A stretch of DNA of 64,000 nucleotides from Chamaesiphon sp. (GCA_965246715.1 CBDFFH010000014.1:1-64000); one strand, 5' to 3'. Shown: positions 31,714-42,078, counted from the first letter of the stretch. Translations and numbers: made by a program. The notes: generated by a model not told the origin, from the letters alone.

Positions 31714-32934
31714 ATGAATTTATCTGACAGTTTTACCATGGCAGCCAAAACACTCGTAGCAAATCGCTTACGAAGTGGGTTGACGATGCTCGGAATTGTC
31801 ATTGGCAATGCTTCGGTAATTACGATGATTGGCATCGGTGAAGGTACACAAAAATTGGCGGTAGACCAGTTAAATTATTTAGGGTCAAATACGATCTTTG
31901 TCGTACCTGGGAGTCCTAAATCTCAAGATATTATCGACGGTGGAGTAGAGCCTACATTAGTGTTGAGCGATGCTGAGGCGATCGCGACTCAATTACCGAC
32001 CATCACGAAAGTTGCTCCATCGCTCGATGATTCGCTCGTAATTAGTTATCAAAATATTACTACCAGCTCGATCGTTACCGGAACCACGCATGATTTTCCG
32101 AGCGTGCGTAACTTTGCTGTAGATAGGGGTCGGTTTATGACAGCACTCGATGCGAGCAAAAATGACCGAGTAGCTATCCTGGGGACGGATATTTCCCAAA
32201 GATTATTTGGTGGTGCAAATCCTTTGGGTGCGAGAATTTGGATTAAAAATATCGACTTTGAAGTAATCGGCGTGATGAAATCTAAAGGCATATCATTTGG
32301 CTTTAATAATGATGATGTCATCTTTGTCCCGATTACCACGATGAGTAAACGTCTCATCGGCCAACAATCGCCTTATGGGATTAAGTTATCTTATATTAGT
32401 GCGTTAGCAAAAAATAGCGAAAGTATCGAAGCGGCTGAATTTCAAATGAATAATCTACTGCGCGTCAGACATAAATTAGTCGGCGAAAATGATTTTGTTA
32501 TCGATACTCAAAAAAGTGCGTTGAAAACTGTCAATTCGATTACCGATGCCTTGACAATCTTATTGGGTGCGATCGCGGGTATTTCACTGTTTGTCGGTGG
32601 GATTGGGGTAATGAATATCATGCTGGTATCTGTTACCGAACGCACTCAAGAAATCGGTTTGCGAAAAGCGATCGGTGCGACTCGATCGGATATCCTGCTC
32701 CAATTTACGATCGAAGCAGTTATCCTTTCAACCATTGGGGGCATAATTGGGATCGCAATCGGGGTGGGAAGCTTTATCCCGATCGGTAAATTTACACCAC
32801 TCAAACCCGAAGCTTCACTTTCGGCAATCTTACTTTCTGTGGGCGTATCCAGCAGCATCGGCCTATTTTTTGGGATCGTTCCCGCCCGCCAAGCTGCAAA
32901 ATTAGACCCGATCGCAGCGTTGAGAACTGGATAA
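31714..32934 (+). CDS. MacB/FtsX-type ABC permease (tandem paralog)
   Basis: Same motifs as the upstream copy. Confidence 0.92.
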   Translation: MNLSDSFTMAAKTLVANRLRSGLTMLGIVIGNASVITMIGIGEGTQKLAVDQLNYLGSNTIFVVPGSPKSQDIIDGGVEPTLVLSDAEAIATQLPTITKVAPSLDDSLVISYQNITTSSIVTGTTHDFPSVRNFAVDRGRFMTALDASKNDRVAILGTDISQRLFGGANPLGARIWIKNIDFEVIGVMKSKGISFGFNNDDVIFVPITTMSKRLIGQQSPYGIKLSYISALAKNSESIEAAEFQMNNLLRVRHKLVGENDFVIDTQKSALKTVNSITDALTILLGAIAGISLFVGGIGVMNIMLVSVTERTQEIGLRKAIGATRSDILLQFTIEAVILSTIGGIIGIAIGVGSFIPIGKFTPLKPEASLSAILLSVGVSSSIGLFFGIVPARQAAKLDPIAALRTG

Positions 32935-32965
32935 GGGCGTGGGGGAATAATGAGTGAGATGCAAA

Positions 32966-33136
32966 GACCCAACCCACCCCGCCCATTCGAGCACCCCTGT
33001 CTTGAAAAGGTGCTCGACTTGCGGAGTTGGGTCGGATGGGTTCCCCATCCGTGACCCATACCCAAGCAGGGGAAACCCCAAGATCTAATGGTCGGCTAGC
33101 CGACCAAATGCACTTTTCGCTCCTCGGAGGGGAATT
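32966..33136. repeat. CCCACCCC...CCCCTCC-GGAGGGGAATT repeat containing a 123-nt AGCG...CAAGAC element (32999-33121, minus strand)
   Basis: GCACCCCT|GTCTTGAAAAGGTGC...GCACTTTTCGCT|CCTCGGAGGGGAATT. Confidence 0.65.
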
Positions 33137-33140
33137 TACT

Positions 33141-33184
33141 ATCCCCTATTACCTATTCCCTATCCCCTATTCCCCTATACCCTA
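33141..33184. repeat. STRR-like heptamer tandem repeat
   Basis: Repeated TCCCCTA-like units. Confidence 0.6.
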
Positions 33185-33191
33185 AAAACTA

Positions 33192-33957
33192 ATGACTAAC
33201 GTTATCAGCGATACCCAGCCGATTGTTGCTAATAATACCCAACCAATTATTATTAGACTCGAAGATATTTATAAGACTTATGGAGTTGGCGATACATTAG
33301 TCAATGCCTTGGATGGCGTGGATTTGACGATCGCCGAGGGTGAATATTGCGCGATTATGGGGCCTTCAGGTTCGGGTAAATCTTCAGCGATGAATATTAT
33401 CGGCTGTCTCGACCAACCCACGAGCGGACATTACTATCTGGATAATCTAGATGTCTCGACAATCGCCGATAGCGAACTCGCCAAGATTCGCAATCTTAAA
33501 TTGGGATTTGTCTTTCAGCAGTTTCATTTATTACCCCAATTTTCTGCGCTAGAAAATGTGATGTTACCGATGGTCTATGGGGGAGTATCTAGTGCCGAAC
33601 GTAAAGAACGTGCTGTCGTTGCGTTAGAAAAAGTGGGACTGAGCAATCGGATGGCAAATCGTCCCAATCAACTCTCTGGGGGTCAACAACAGCGGGTCGC
33701 GATCGCGCGGGCGATCGTTGGTGAACCGCGCGTATTGCTGGCTGACGAGCCGACAGGGGCGCTAGATTCGCGGACTACGCAGGAGGTGATGGATATTTTC
33801 ACCCCAGCTCAATGAGACGGGAATTACGATCGTAATGGTGACTCACGAACCGGATGTCGCCAAACAAACCAGACGGATCGTGTGGTTCAAAGATGGGAAG
33901 GTCGTGCATTCTCACCTAACTCCTGCCGATATTTATCGCGTGGCAATGGCTGGTTAA
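33192..33957 (+). CDS. ABC transporter ATP-binding protein (LolD/MacB type), frameshifted near 33802-33805
   Basis: GPSGSGKS, LSGGQQQR, LADEPTG; removing one C from ACCCCA restores FTQLNETGITIVMVTHEPDVA...MAG*. Confidence 0.85.
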
Positions 33958-33969
33958 CATCTTAAATTA

Positions 33970-34365
33970 ACCTCAGTTCGGGTTAAGGATTTCCCTTTTA
34001 GACCATTCTTGGACTGGTGCTTAGTCTTAAGTTATTGGTGCTAAGGAACCTGGGTTTGGGGGAGGCTTGTCTTGGCTCGCTGCTTGGTGCGCTTCCATGG
34101 ACGGGAAACCCGACGGGCGCGAGCTGCTCCCCCAGACCCCCGGTTGAGGAGCGACCCAAATCGCGCTGAGGTTCCCGTCTGGCGACACGTCTCGCTTCAC
34201 TCGCCTACAGCGTGTGTTTGGGTCAAGACAGCGGAGTGCCCCCCTCAAACTCCCCTGCACAAGGGAGTTAGTTTGCAGCGTAACGCGCTCTGCATTAGCT
34301 CCGCAATGGGAATCGATCTGTGGGTTGGGGGTTATTGTTTGGGGGCGGTTCCGAAACGAAGCAAA
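33970..34365 (-). mobile_element. IS982-like MITE, one TIR lost, with nested hairpin insertions
   Basis: TIR ACCTCAGTTCGGGTTAAGG after TAAATTA; interior is the reverse complement homolog of 45312-45676. Confidence 0.7.
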
Positions 34366-34372
34366 TATCCGA

Positions 34373-35140
34373 TTATTGTTCTTGATAATTCCACAGCAAA
34401 CCACCATCGACATAAAAAGTCGAACCAGTAATATAGTCAGCATCTGCTGAAGCCAGAAATGATACTAGTCCGGCCACATCTTCCGGTTTGCCCAACCGAC
34501 CGAGGGGGATATTTTTGAGCACAGCATTTAGCTGTTCGGGGTTATTTAATAGATCGGTATTAATTGGGGTCTCGATCGCGCCTGGAGCGACATTATTAAT
34601 TGTGATACCTAACGGGCCTAACTCCACAGCGAGATTACGCATCATCATTTTCACACCACCTTTGCTGATGCAGTAAGACGTAAAGTGTGGAAATGGAAGT
34701 TCTTCATGTACGGAACTGATATTAACGATCTTACCAGGGCGATTTGTTTCCTTGAAGTGCCGGACGATCGCTTGCGTGGTGAAAAATACGCCTTTGAGAT
34801 TAACATTTATCACGTTATCGTAATCAGCTTCCGTGATATCGCAAAAATCGGCTTTCTTTTCCAGACCGGAATTATTGACGAGAATATCTACCTTTCCGAA
34901 GCGATCGATGCTTTCATTGACAAGTTTATTGACATCCGTTACTACACCAAGATCGGCTTGAATCGAATATGCCGTACGACCGAATGCTGCGATTTTTGCT
35001 TGTGTTTCTGCGGCACCATCTGGATCGGAGCGGTAATTAATAATGATATCCGCTCCTTCTGCGGCTAGTCGAATCGCGATCGCTTGACCGATACCCTTGC
35101 TACTTCCAGTCACCAAGGCGACTTTTCCAGCTAACTTCAT
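34373..35140 (-). CDS. glucose 1-dehydrogenase-like SDR oxidoreductase
   Basis: TGSSKGIG, NNSG, ISSVHE, YCISKGG, VAPGAIETPIN. Confidence 0.9.
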   Translation of the reverse strand: MKLAGKVALVTGSSKGIGQAIAIRLAAEGADIIINYRSDPDGAAETQAKIAAFGRTAYSIQADLGVVTDVNKLVNESIDRFGKVDILVNNSGLEKKADFCDITEADYDNVINVNLKGVFFTTQAIVRHFKETNRPGKIVNISSVHEELPFPHFTSYCISKGGVKMMMRNLAVELGPLGITINNVAPGAIETPINTDLLNNPEQLNAVLKNIPLGRLGKPEDVAGLVSFLASADADYITGSTFYVDGGLLWNYQEQ

Positions 35141-35246
35141 CACCGCTATTCCGTATTTATACAAGCATATTGAGTCACTAACCCGATCGATCTAGCTACC
35201 GAGTTCGCGATCTAGGCACTCCTACCGCAATTTCGATTTATTTATT

Positions 35247-35486
35247 TTAGTAGTTGTCTGCTGGCAAATGACGGCGCGGCCCAACACCTGGATCGGTTGC
35301 TTTTGCATACATTTCTTCGGGCATTTTATCCAGCTCGACTTGTAATTGGGCTGCCGAAAATTGATAACCGTATTCATGGGCGATCTCGACACACTCGTCG
35401 ATCGACTTTGCTGCTTTGAGCTTCTGATTTAAAGTTTCGTCGTGCTTAGCATCTTCTAAAAATTGACTGGGAATAAGTTCTGACAT
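35247..35486 (-). CDS. Nif11-like leader domain protein
   Basis: FLEDAKHDETLNQKLKAA...VEIAHEYGYQFS. Confidence 0.75.
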   Translation of the reverse strand: MSELIPSQFLEDAKHDETLNQKLKAAKSIDECVEIAHEYGYQFSAAQLQVELDKMPEEMYAKATDPGVGPRRHLPADNY

Positions 35487-35727
35487 AGGAGCTTCCAATT
35501 TAGATTGACTTGACGATGCTCGGCTCGATCGCCATGAAAATTGCTGTCTAACGATCTATTCGATTTCAGTTTGCTATTAACCGATCGGTTCAGACTTTGC
35601 AAAACAGAATCGCTAAATCTAACAGTAATTTAACTGCACTATTAGTAAATTAATCGAATCCTTCAACGAATGCATCTACCATAATTAGTATTTACATTTA
35701 TTGAGTTAACTGATGCCAGTATCTTCA

Positions 35728-36168
35728 TCACCAAGTTATTTCCCCTCTGGCGATACCAATAACGATCGCTAAGACCAAACAACCGAGAAAAGTTGCTACC
35801 AACATCAACAAGGCAAATAGTTCGCCCCCAGAGAGCGGTCGATCGGTAGGATCGAGATATGCTGAAGAGCGATACTTATCCACTCGTGGTTTGAAGGATT
35901 GAAAGTGTTCCGGTGGTTGCACTAGCACCACTCGTGAATAGCCGACTTGACGATCGTATGACAATCGCCGATCGGGATTGCTTACTACAGCATATGCTTC
36001 ATTTAAGGCTTGAAATTTAGCCTTTGCGGTGGACGTGGGTAAAGTAGTAGTATCTGGATGATATTTCTTGCTCGATTCCCGATAGGCGCGCCGAATCTCG
36101 ATCGGCGATGCGCTAGGATGCACTCCTAATAAAGCATAGTAATTGTCTGGTTCCTGCTTACTATCCAC
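35728..36168 (-). CDS. J-domain protein with C-terminal transmembrane segment
   Basis: NYYALLGV, KYHPD, LNEAYAVVS; likely GTG start at 36168. Confidence 0.88.
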   Translation of the reverse strand: MDSKQEPDNYYALLGVHPSASPIEIRRAYRESSKKYHPDTTTLPTSTAKAKFQALNEAYAVVSNPDRRLSYDRQVGYSRVVLVQPPEHFQSFKPRVDKYRSSAYLDPTDRPLSGGELFALLMLVATFLGCLVLAIVIGIARGEITW

Positions 36169-36190
36169 CAGTGCCGCTCTCCTAAATCCT

Positions 36191-37533
36191 TTAGCCCCTA
36201 ATCCCTTCCCTAGCTCGATAAACCAGTCCACAAATGCTTGCCAAAATCGACCATGCTAGAGTATTCAATCGCAACTCCAATGCCGTGACATCGGCGATAT
36301 TAAATATGATAAACCCCACAAAGGCAACTATGTAAGTAAAAAAGATCGTGCGTTCCGCGCGCCATTGGAGCGGAAAATTGAGAAACAGCAGTGTCCCTTG
36401 CATCACAATCCAACCTACCAGCCCAAAAAATCGCGATCGTGGCAGGGATACCGAGATTGGAAGATAGCATCAACAATAAATTATGTGGATATCCCAACCA
36501 GACATGGGTAGAGGCTTGATACAATGGGCCAAAACTCTGTAAACCCCAACCGGAGATCGGATGCGATCGAGTCATGTCCCAGGCAAAGTTCCACTGCGAT
36601 AAGCGGGTAATTTCGGTCGGTCGATTGGGATACATTTCATCGGTGATCCGCGCCCAAAAATAACGGGGGACGAGCGCTCTCAATGGTTCTTTGAGCGGCG
36701 GTGGCGCATAAGCAGCACTTAAAATTATCGTCGCGAGCGCGGTAACGATGCCAACGATCCAATACCAGCCCTGATAGATTGTAAATACCAAACTACCGAG
36801 CAGCGCAATACTCCAGGCAGCGCGCGAACTAGTCAGGATCAGCGACAGCGCACACAGTCCCAGCACAGCAACCAACCACCATAACGTTGGCGACCTCCAA
36901 AATTCCGCCTTGGGGCCTCCTTGAGTACTATTGGCACAGCGTTCGTGAAGATCGGCTAATAACCCCAATGCAAAAAATAAACACCATCTGGAGGTAAGCT
37001 GCCAGGGGATTAGCATGAGCGAATACGGATGACATCCGCCCCAGTGGTTCGCCACCAGCAGTCATTTGCCAGATATGTCCCGGAGTACCAGGAATCGGCA
37101 CAATCCCCCCCCAGCCCAGCATTTGACCCAATCCTAAGATCGCGATCGGCAGCGCAGGAATCAGGAAAATCCATGTCAACTGTCGCAACTGTGCTGGTGA
37201 CTGAATTAAGGTACTATAAGCGGCAAAAAAGGCAAAAAAAGGCAAAAAATTAAGTAGTCCTAGTGCTGCATCTCCTGGCTGCAACCCGAACAGGGAGATC
37301 GCGATCAGCCAGGGCGACAGTATTGCAAAACCCCAATTCAAGCGATGCTGGATAATTTCGCGCCCAGCTTGCCGCCAAGTTTTTACTGCGGCGATTACAA
37401 TTAACACCGCACCGACAGATGGAATTAGGGGGAAGATCGTCAATCCCACTCTCGCCCAGTTCCAAGCCGATTGCAAGCGCGAGTTGGGATGTTTCCAGCC
37501 CGCGCCCGGAATTAGGAGCGAGAGATTAACCAT
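36191..37533 (-). CDS. O-antigen ligase-family membrane protein with two apparent +1 frameshifts
   Basis: GRMSSVFAHANPLAAYL, LTSSRAAW, GWGLQSF and YPHNL fall in three consecutive frames joined at A6 runs near 36972 and 36426. Confidence 0.8.
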
Positions 37534-38950
37534 CGATATAATTATCCTCGATCGCGGCGATCGGCTCGTCAGCAACTTCACTACGATAAAAACTAGCGAT
37601 AATGCCCACAACCAACCACCAGATGGTTTGAATTTGTGGTCGATACCATTCGGTATCGACCAAACCTTGACACATAATCCCGATCGCGGCGGCAAGTGCG
37701 GCAATCAGCCAAAAGACCTGCGGATCTCGATCTGCACGCAATCGCACTAAGCTTTGTACCCCGCAATTTATCGTCACCACCAGCAGCCACACAAAACAGG
37801 CAAACCCGACAAAGCCGATCTCCACGATCGTTTCCATAAACACAGAATAGGCTCCCAAGGCACTGAAGCGGGGGCTAACTTGATAAATCGGGTAGATCTT
37901 CTTAAACACGCGATCGCCAGGCCCCCAGCCAAACAGCGGTCGCTCGTGAATCATGCGTTGCACCGCCGCCCAGACGTTAATCCGAAAATTATTGCTGCTA
38001 TCTTTGCTGCCGCTAAAAATACTAAACACACGATCGTGCAAATTTGGAATCAACAGAATCGCCATACCGCTAATAACAAAGATACTTCCAAAGGCGATCG
38101 GCACCGCCCACGATCGCCAAAATTTGGGCAACAGTGGCCGCAACCAGTAATACACCATCCCGACAGTGACTAAGACCATTACCGCTAGCCCAATCCAAGC
38201 ACCACGACAATACGTAGCTTGCAAGCACCAGAGATTTACACCCACCATTACTGCCGCGAGTGTTTTTGGCAGCCAGCCCCGCCACACAAACAAGGCGGCG
38301 ATACTAAACGCGATCGCCGGGAGCAGATATCCCGCTAGTAGATTAGGGTTATTGAGATAACTATATGCGCGTGTCGTCTTGGAGAGCGTAGATTCAACGT
38401 CTACCCATGTTGCCAATTGCTTGGCTCCATAAATCGACTGATTGACCCCATATACACTGACAACCAGTGCCACATTTAAAAACACAGCAATCGACCAATT
38501 CCGAATTTTTGGCGATCGACACAATCGCGCCAACATCACAAATAATAGTAGGTACTGACTCAGTAAACCCAAGCCCCGCACTGCTGCCTCTCGCGCTGGG
38601 GATAACCCAGTTGAAATTGCCGAAATTAGTAAAAATATGATTACGGTGACATGAATTGGCGTAATGCCACCCCGGCGATCGTCTGCAAGCGTCAATAACA
38701 CCCACAGAGCGGCGATGCCGACCATTAATGGCAGGAGTGTATCGTTTGGTAACGCTAGGGCTGGTAAAAAAGGAGACAATACAAAGACGGCTGAAGTTAG
38801 GATCGCCCCAATTTCGTCACCCCATTGGATCGACCAGCTCCGCTGCCGCCAAGACTGCAAACTACCCACCCAACGATGGCTGTAGCTAGATTCCATCCAT
38901 CGATCGATCGACAGATCCGCTAATGTAAATCGTTGCCAAAAAGAGTACAT
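37526..38950 (-). CDS. ictB: IctB family membrane protein
   Basis: LATWVD, RAYSYLNNPNLLAGYL, DSSNNFRINVW, DTEWYRPQI. Confidence 0.92.
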   Translation of the reverse strand: MYSFWQRFTLADLSIDRWMESSYSHRWVGSLQSWRQRSWSIQWGDEIGAILTSAVFVLSPFLPALALPNDTLLPLMVGIAALWVLLTLADDRRGGITPIHVTVIIFLLISAISTGLSPAREAAVRGLGLLSQYLLLFVMLARLCRSPKIRNWSIAVFLNVALVVSVYGVNQSIYGAKQLATWVDVESTLSKTTRAYSYLNNPNLLAGYLLPAIAFSIAALFVWRGWLPKTLAAVMVGVNLWCLQATYCRGAWIGLAVMVLVTVGMVYYWLRPLLPKFWRSWAVPIAFGSIFVISGMAILLIPNLHDRVFSIFSGSKDSSNNFRINVWAAVQRMIHERPLFGWGPGDRVFKKIYPIYQVSPRFSALGAYSVFMETIVEIGFVGFACFVWLLVVTINCGVQSLVRLRADRDPQVFWLIAALAAAIGIMCQGLVDTEWYRPQIQTIWWLVVGIIASFYRSEVADEPIAAIEDNYIDG

Positions 38951-39029
38951 CGGATAAATTATGAATTAAAAATTTATGAGTTATGAATGTATATTCATAG
39001 GCGATGGCATTATAAATTATGGATGAATC

Positions 39030-39338
39030 CTACCACTTCAACAAATTAAACTGTTCCATATCGACGGTATCGCGGTTGCGGTAGATCGACAAGACGATCG
39101 CTAGCCCTACCGCCGCCTCTGCTGCGGCGATCGCGATTACAAAGATGGTAAATACTTGTCCTTTAATTTCGATCGGATCGATAAAGTTAGAAAAGCCCAT
39201 CAGATTTAAATTGACGGCATTTAACATCAACTCGATCGACATCAATACTCGCACTGCATTTCTACTCGTAATCAGTCCATAAATCCCGATACAGAATAGA
39301 GCAGCAGCTAAGATCAAAAAATACGGTAATTGCAACAT
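39030..39338 (-). CDS. ndhE: NDH-1 subunit 4L
   Basis: [32 protein letters not shown]. Confidence 0.96.
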   Translation of the reverse strand: MLQLPYFLILAAALFCIGIYGLITSRNAVRVLMSIELMLNAVNLNLMGFSNFIDPIEIKGQVFTIFVIAIAAAEAAVGLAIVLSIYRNRDTVDMEQFNLLKW

Positions 39339-39382
39339 AATTTAGGTGTTTATTCTTTAGCTTCTACAAAACTAGCTACTAC

Positions 39383-39982
39383 TTATTTATTGTCGATTCC
39401 CGCCAATTCACGCGGACGTTCGGGCAGCGTGAGATTATTTTGTACTGAGGTTTGGCCGATAATTGCTTCAGGCATGAAGTCGCGACGAGCCAGCACGATC
39501 GCACCGATCATTGACATGAGTAACAACACCGAAGCTAATTCAAACGGTAAGAGAAAATCAGTAAAGAAATGCTTGGCAATCGGCACGATCGAACTCGTCA
39601 GAGGTGTTGCTGTCGAAATCTCCCACGGAGTCACGATCGAGATCGCACTTAGCAGGGCAAATAACCCGATACAAACTAATACCGTCGAACCTTGACGAAT
39701 CCAACCATTTTTTAAGGGCTTAAAGTCTTCTCGCTTGTTCACTAACATGATCGCAAATAGGATCAAGACGTTGACAGCACCGATATAAACTAAAATTTGA
39801 GCGGCGGAGACAAAATCAGCATTGAGCAGGATATAAATACCTGCAATGCTAATAAATACGCCACCTAATAAAAAGGCCGAGTAAACAATGTTAGCAAACA
39901 GAACTACGCCAAGCGCAGATCCCAACATTAGGCAGGAAAGGATTCCAAATGTGACTAAGCGAACACCTTCAGCAATTTGCAT
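39383..39982 (-). CDS. ndhG: NDH-1 subunit 6
   Basis: NIVYSAFLLGG, QILVYIGAVNVLILF, LPFELASVLLL. Confidence 0.95.
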   Translation of the reverse strand: MQIAEGVRLVTFGILSCLMLGSALGVVLFANIVYSAFLLGGVFISIAGIYILLNADFVSAAQILVYIGAVNVLILFAIMLVNKREDFKPLKNGWIRQGSTVLVCIGLFALLSAISIVTPWEISTATPLTSSIVPIAKHFFTDFLLPFELASVLLLMSMIGAIVLARRDFMPEAIIGQTSVQNNLTLPERPRELAGIDNK

Positions 39983-40070
39983 TTTTGTTAGTGGTTATTA
40001 ATATTTCCCTACCAAGATTGGGGTAGGGGTGAATCGCCTCTCACTGGAGAGGCTAGGAGCGAACATCAGC

Positions 40071-40637
40071 TTATTTAGCATCGGTATTGCTGTTAGCACG
40101 TTGAGATCCAGCAGCCAGATCGTGAGGTTCCATCACACCTTTGGGGAGGTAAGCCAGCGTGCGTAGTGGGGTCACCATCGGATCGTCAGTAACTTTGTAA
40201 GGTAAGCGACCGAGGGCAACACTATCATAATTGAGTTCGTGGCGATCGAAGGTCGATAGCTCGTATTCTTCGGTCATCGACAGGCAGTTAGTGGGGCAAT
40301 ATTCTACACAATTCCCGCAAAAAATACACACGCCAAAGTCGATACTATAGCTATTGAGTTTCTTTTTCTTGGTAGCTTTGTCGAACTCATAGTCAACTAC
40401 TGGCAAGTTGATCGGACAAACCCGCACGCAGACTTCACATGAGATACATTTGTCAAATTCAAAATGAATCCGGCCTCGAAACCGTTCGGACGGCACCAAT
40501 TTTTCATATGGATATTGCACGGTAATCGGACGACGCTGCATATGGTCGAAGGTCACAGACAGCCCCTGACCGATATATTTTGCCGCCTGCACTGTTTCTT
40601 TGCCGTAATCGACGACTTGTTTGAGAAATTTCAGCAT
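40071..40637 (-). CDS. ndhI: NDH-1 subunit I
   Basis: Two CxxCxxCxxxCP clusters; TVQYPYEK. Confidence 0.97.
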   Translation of the reverse strand: MLKFLKQVVDYGKETVQAAKYIGQGLSVTFDHMQRRPITVQYPYEKLVPSERFRGRIHFEFDKCISCEVCVRVCPINLPVVDYEFDKATKKKKLNSYSIDFGVCIFCGNCVEYCPTNCLSMTEEYELSTFDRHELNYDSVALGRLPYKVTDDPMVTPLRTLAYLPKGVMEPHDLAAGSQRANSNTDAK

Positions 40638-40715
40638 GAGGGAGTAATTTAGTGGCTAGTGAATTAGTTTTTACTATAACTCCCCTCCTGGAAGGGGTAG
40701 ATACTGTCTTGAATG

Positions 40716-41687
40716 TCAAGGGGTGGCGAGCGAATAATTAGGGTCAAAGGGCTGTTGAGACTTTAAAATGCCAAAAGCCAAATGGACTAATTTACGCATG
40801 ATGGCACCAATCGCCTGCATTTTAGCCTTGCCACGAGCGAGTAATCGTTCGCTGAAAGTTTTGAGCAGAGGATTATGACGCATCGAGACTACCGCAGGCA
40901 TATAAAGAGCTTTGCGGAGTCGAGAATTACCAGTACAAGACAACCGAGTTTTGCCATGAACGCTGGTGCCACTAGATCGCTCAGATGGAGTTAAACCCGC
41001 ATGGGCAGCTAATTGACGAGCATTCTGGTAATCTTCGATCCGACCGATTTCTGCCAACAAGACAGCCGCAGTCTGTGCGCCAATTCCAGGAATTGAGACC
41101 AACAGATCTCGCTGTTGTTTTAACTGTGGATGTTTGTCGAAATGGTCGCTAATTAATTGTTTAATTAGGGCTTGCTGTTCCTGGAGATAGGTCAGATGAG
41201 ATTGAGTGAGTTCAGCTACTTTGGTGGTGGCTGTTTCCACGCGATTGTGTTCGGCTGTGACCATGTCCTGAAGAGAATCTAATCGCCGGACCAGGGCTTG
41301 TAGTTCTTTGATTTCAGGGGCTGTTGGTTTCCACAGTTCTGGTTTAATTGCTGCACAAAAACGGGCAATCAATGCTGCATCAACTGAATCAGTTTTCGTC
41401 CGTAATAGTTCGCCCTTGGCAAACCCTTGAATTCGGGCTGGATTGACGACACTAACGGCAAAGCTGGCTGAGTAGAGGAATTCGGCTAAAGCGTCTCCAT
41501 AGATGCTGGTCGCTTCCAGACAGGCGTGCATTTGGTCGATCCCTTTTTGTTTGAGCCACTGCTGCAAACTCTCAAACCCTTGCAGATCGTTGGTGAATTT
41601 TTTGGATTTTGTTCTCGTCTCTCCCATGATTAGTACTACATGAAAGTCTTTTTTGCTGATGTCTATCCCTAAAAAATTAACTGTCAT
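40716..41687 (-). CDS. IS110 DEDD recombinase/transposase
   Basis: GIDISK, LEATS, KTDSVDA, SIPGIG, GLTP..SSG serine loop, LRKALY, MRKL. Confidence 0.96.
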   Translation of the reverse strand: MTVNFLGIDISKKDFHVVLIMGETRTKSKKFTNDLQGFESLQQWLKQKGIDQMHACLEATSIYGDALAEFLYSASFAVSVVNPARIQGFAKGELLRTKTDSVDAALIARFCAAIKPELWKPTAPEIKELQALVRRLDSLQDMVTAEHNRVETATTKVAELTQSHLTYLQEQQALIKQLISDHFDKHPQLKQQRDLLVSIPGIGAQTAAVLLAEIGRIEDYQNARQLAAHAGLTPSERSSGTSVHGKTRLSCTGNSRLRKALYMPAVVSMRHNPLLKTFSERLLARGKAKMQAIGAIMRKLVHLAFGILKSQQPFDPNYSLATP

Positions 41688-41725
41688 TAACTGCTTACTC
41701 CACTCCTAACTATGCTCAAAGAACT

Positions 41726-41892
41726 TGACAGACTGTTTAACTAACCTTGTGATTGCAGGCTTTTCGGTAAATCGATTGCCTAAGATACTGTCCAGCTTTA
41801 GGTGTGTCTGTCATCAGTTGTGGGAGCTTATCTACGCAGCAGACTAACAATGTTGTCTAAGGGGCGGGCCAGCTTCACCGATTACTGATGTC
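41726..41892 (-). ncRNA. predicted bridge RNA core (target-binding and donor-binding loops)
   Basis: Minus strand: LTG CCCGCCCCT (41868-41860), RTG GCGTAG (41837-41832), LDG ACAGTATCT (41791-41783), RDG ACAAG (41750-41746); stems CATCAGT/ACTGATG and TGACAGAC/GTCTGTCA. Confidence 0.85.
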
Positions 41893-42078
41893 CTCACTCT
41901 CACTTTCTCGCATCTGGCGATCGATCTCTGAAACTGTTATGGTTTCTTTACGCCGATCGATTTATTCCTCTGACTCCCTTGGTTTGTGTCGATCTCTTTG
42001 AACTACGTTTGTTCTAAGCATTGTCTATATCGATCGATTACCTACCTCTCTTTAAGATACAAGGGGTGGGTTCCAAAA

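Larger units (their letters stand above)
40701..42061 (-). mobile_element. IS110-family (IS621-like) element, 1361 bp, flanked by a duplicated CT core
   Basis: Core AG(+)/CT(-) at 40699-40700 and 42062-42063; minus-strand ends CT|TGTATC... and ...ACAGTAT|CT; empty site GGAACCCACCC-CT-ACCCCTTCC. Confidence 0.92.

Noticed and set aside
34027..34450. ORFs of 78-138 aa here and similar ones at 45221-45786
   Set aside because: They lie largely within MITE/palindromic DNA and lack protein-like motifs.
40701..40713. CAAGACAG shared by the IS110 right end and the hypothetical junction of the AGC...CAAGAC elements
   Set aside because: Only 8 bp, and the small elements lack the TATCTTGT donor core needed by the donor guides; insufficient to claim mobilisation by this IS110.
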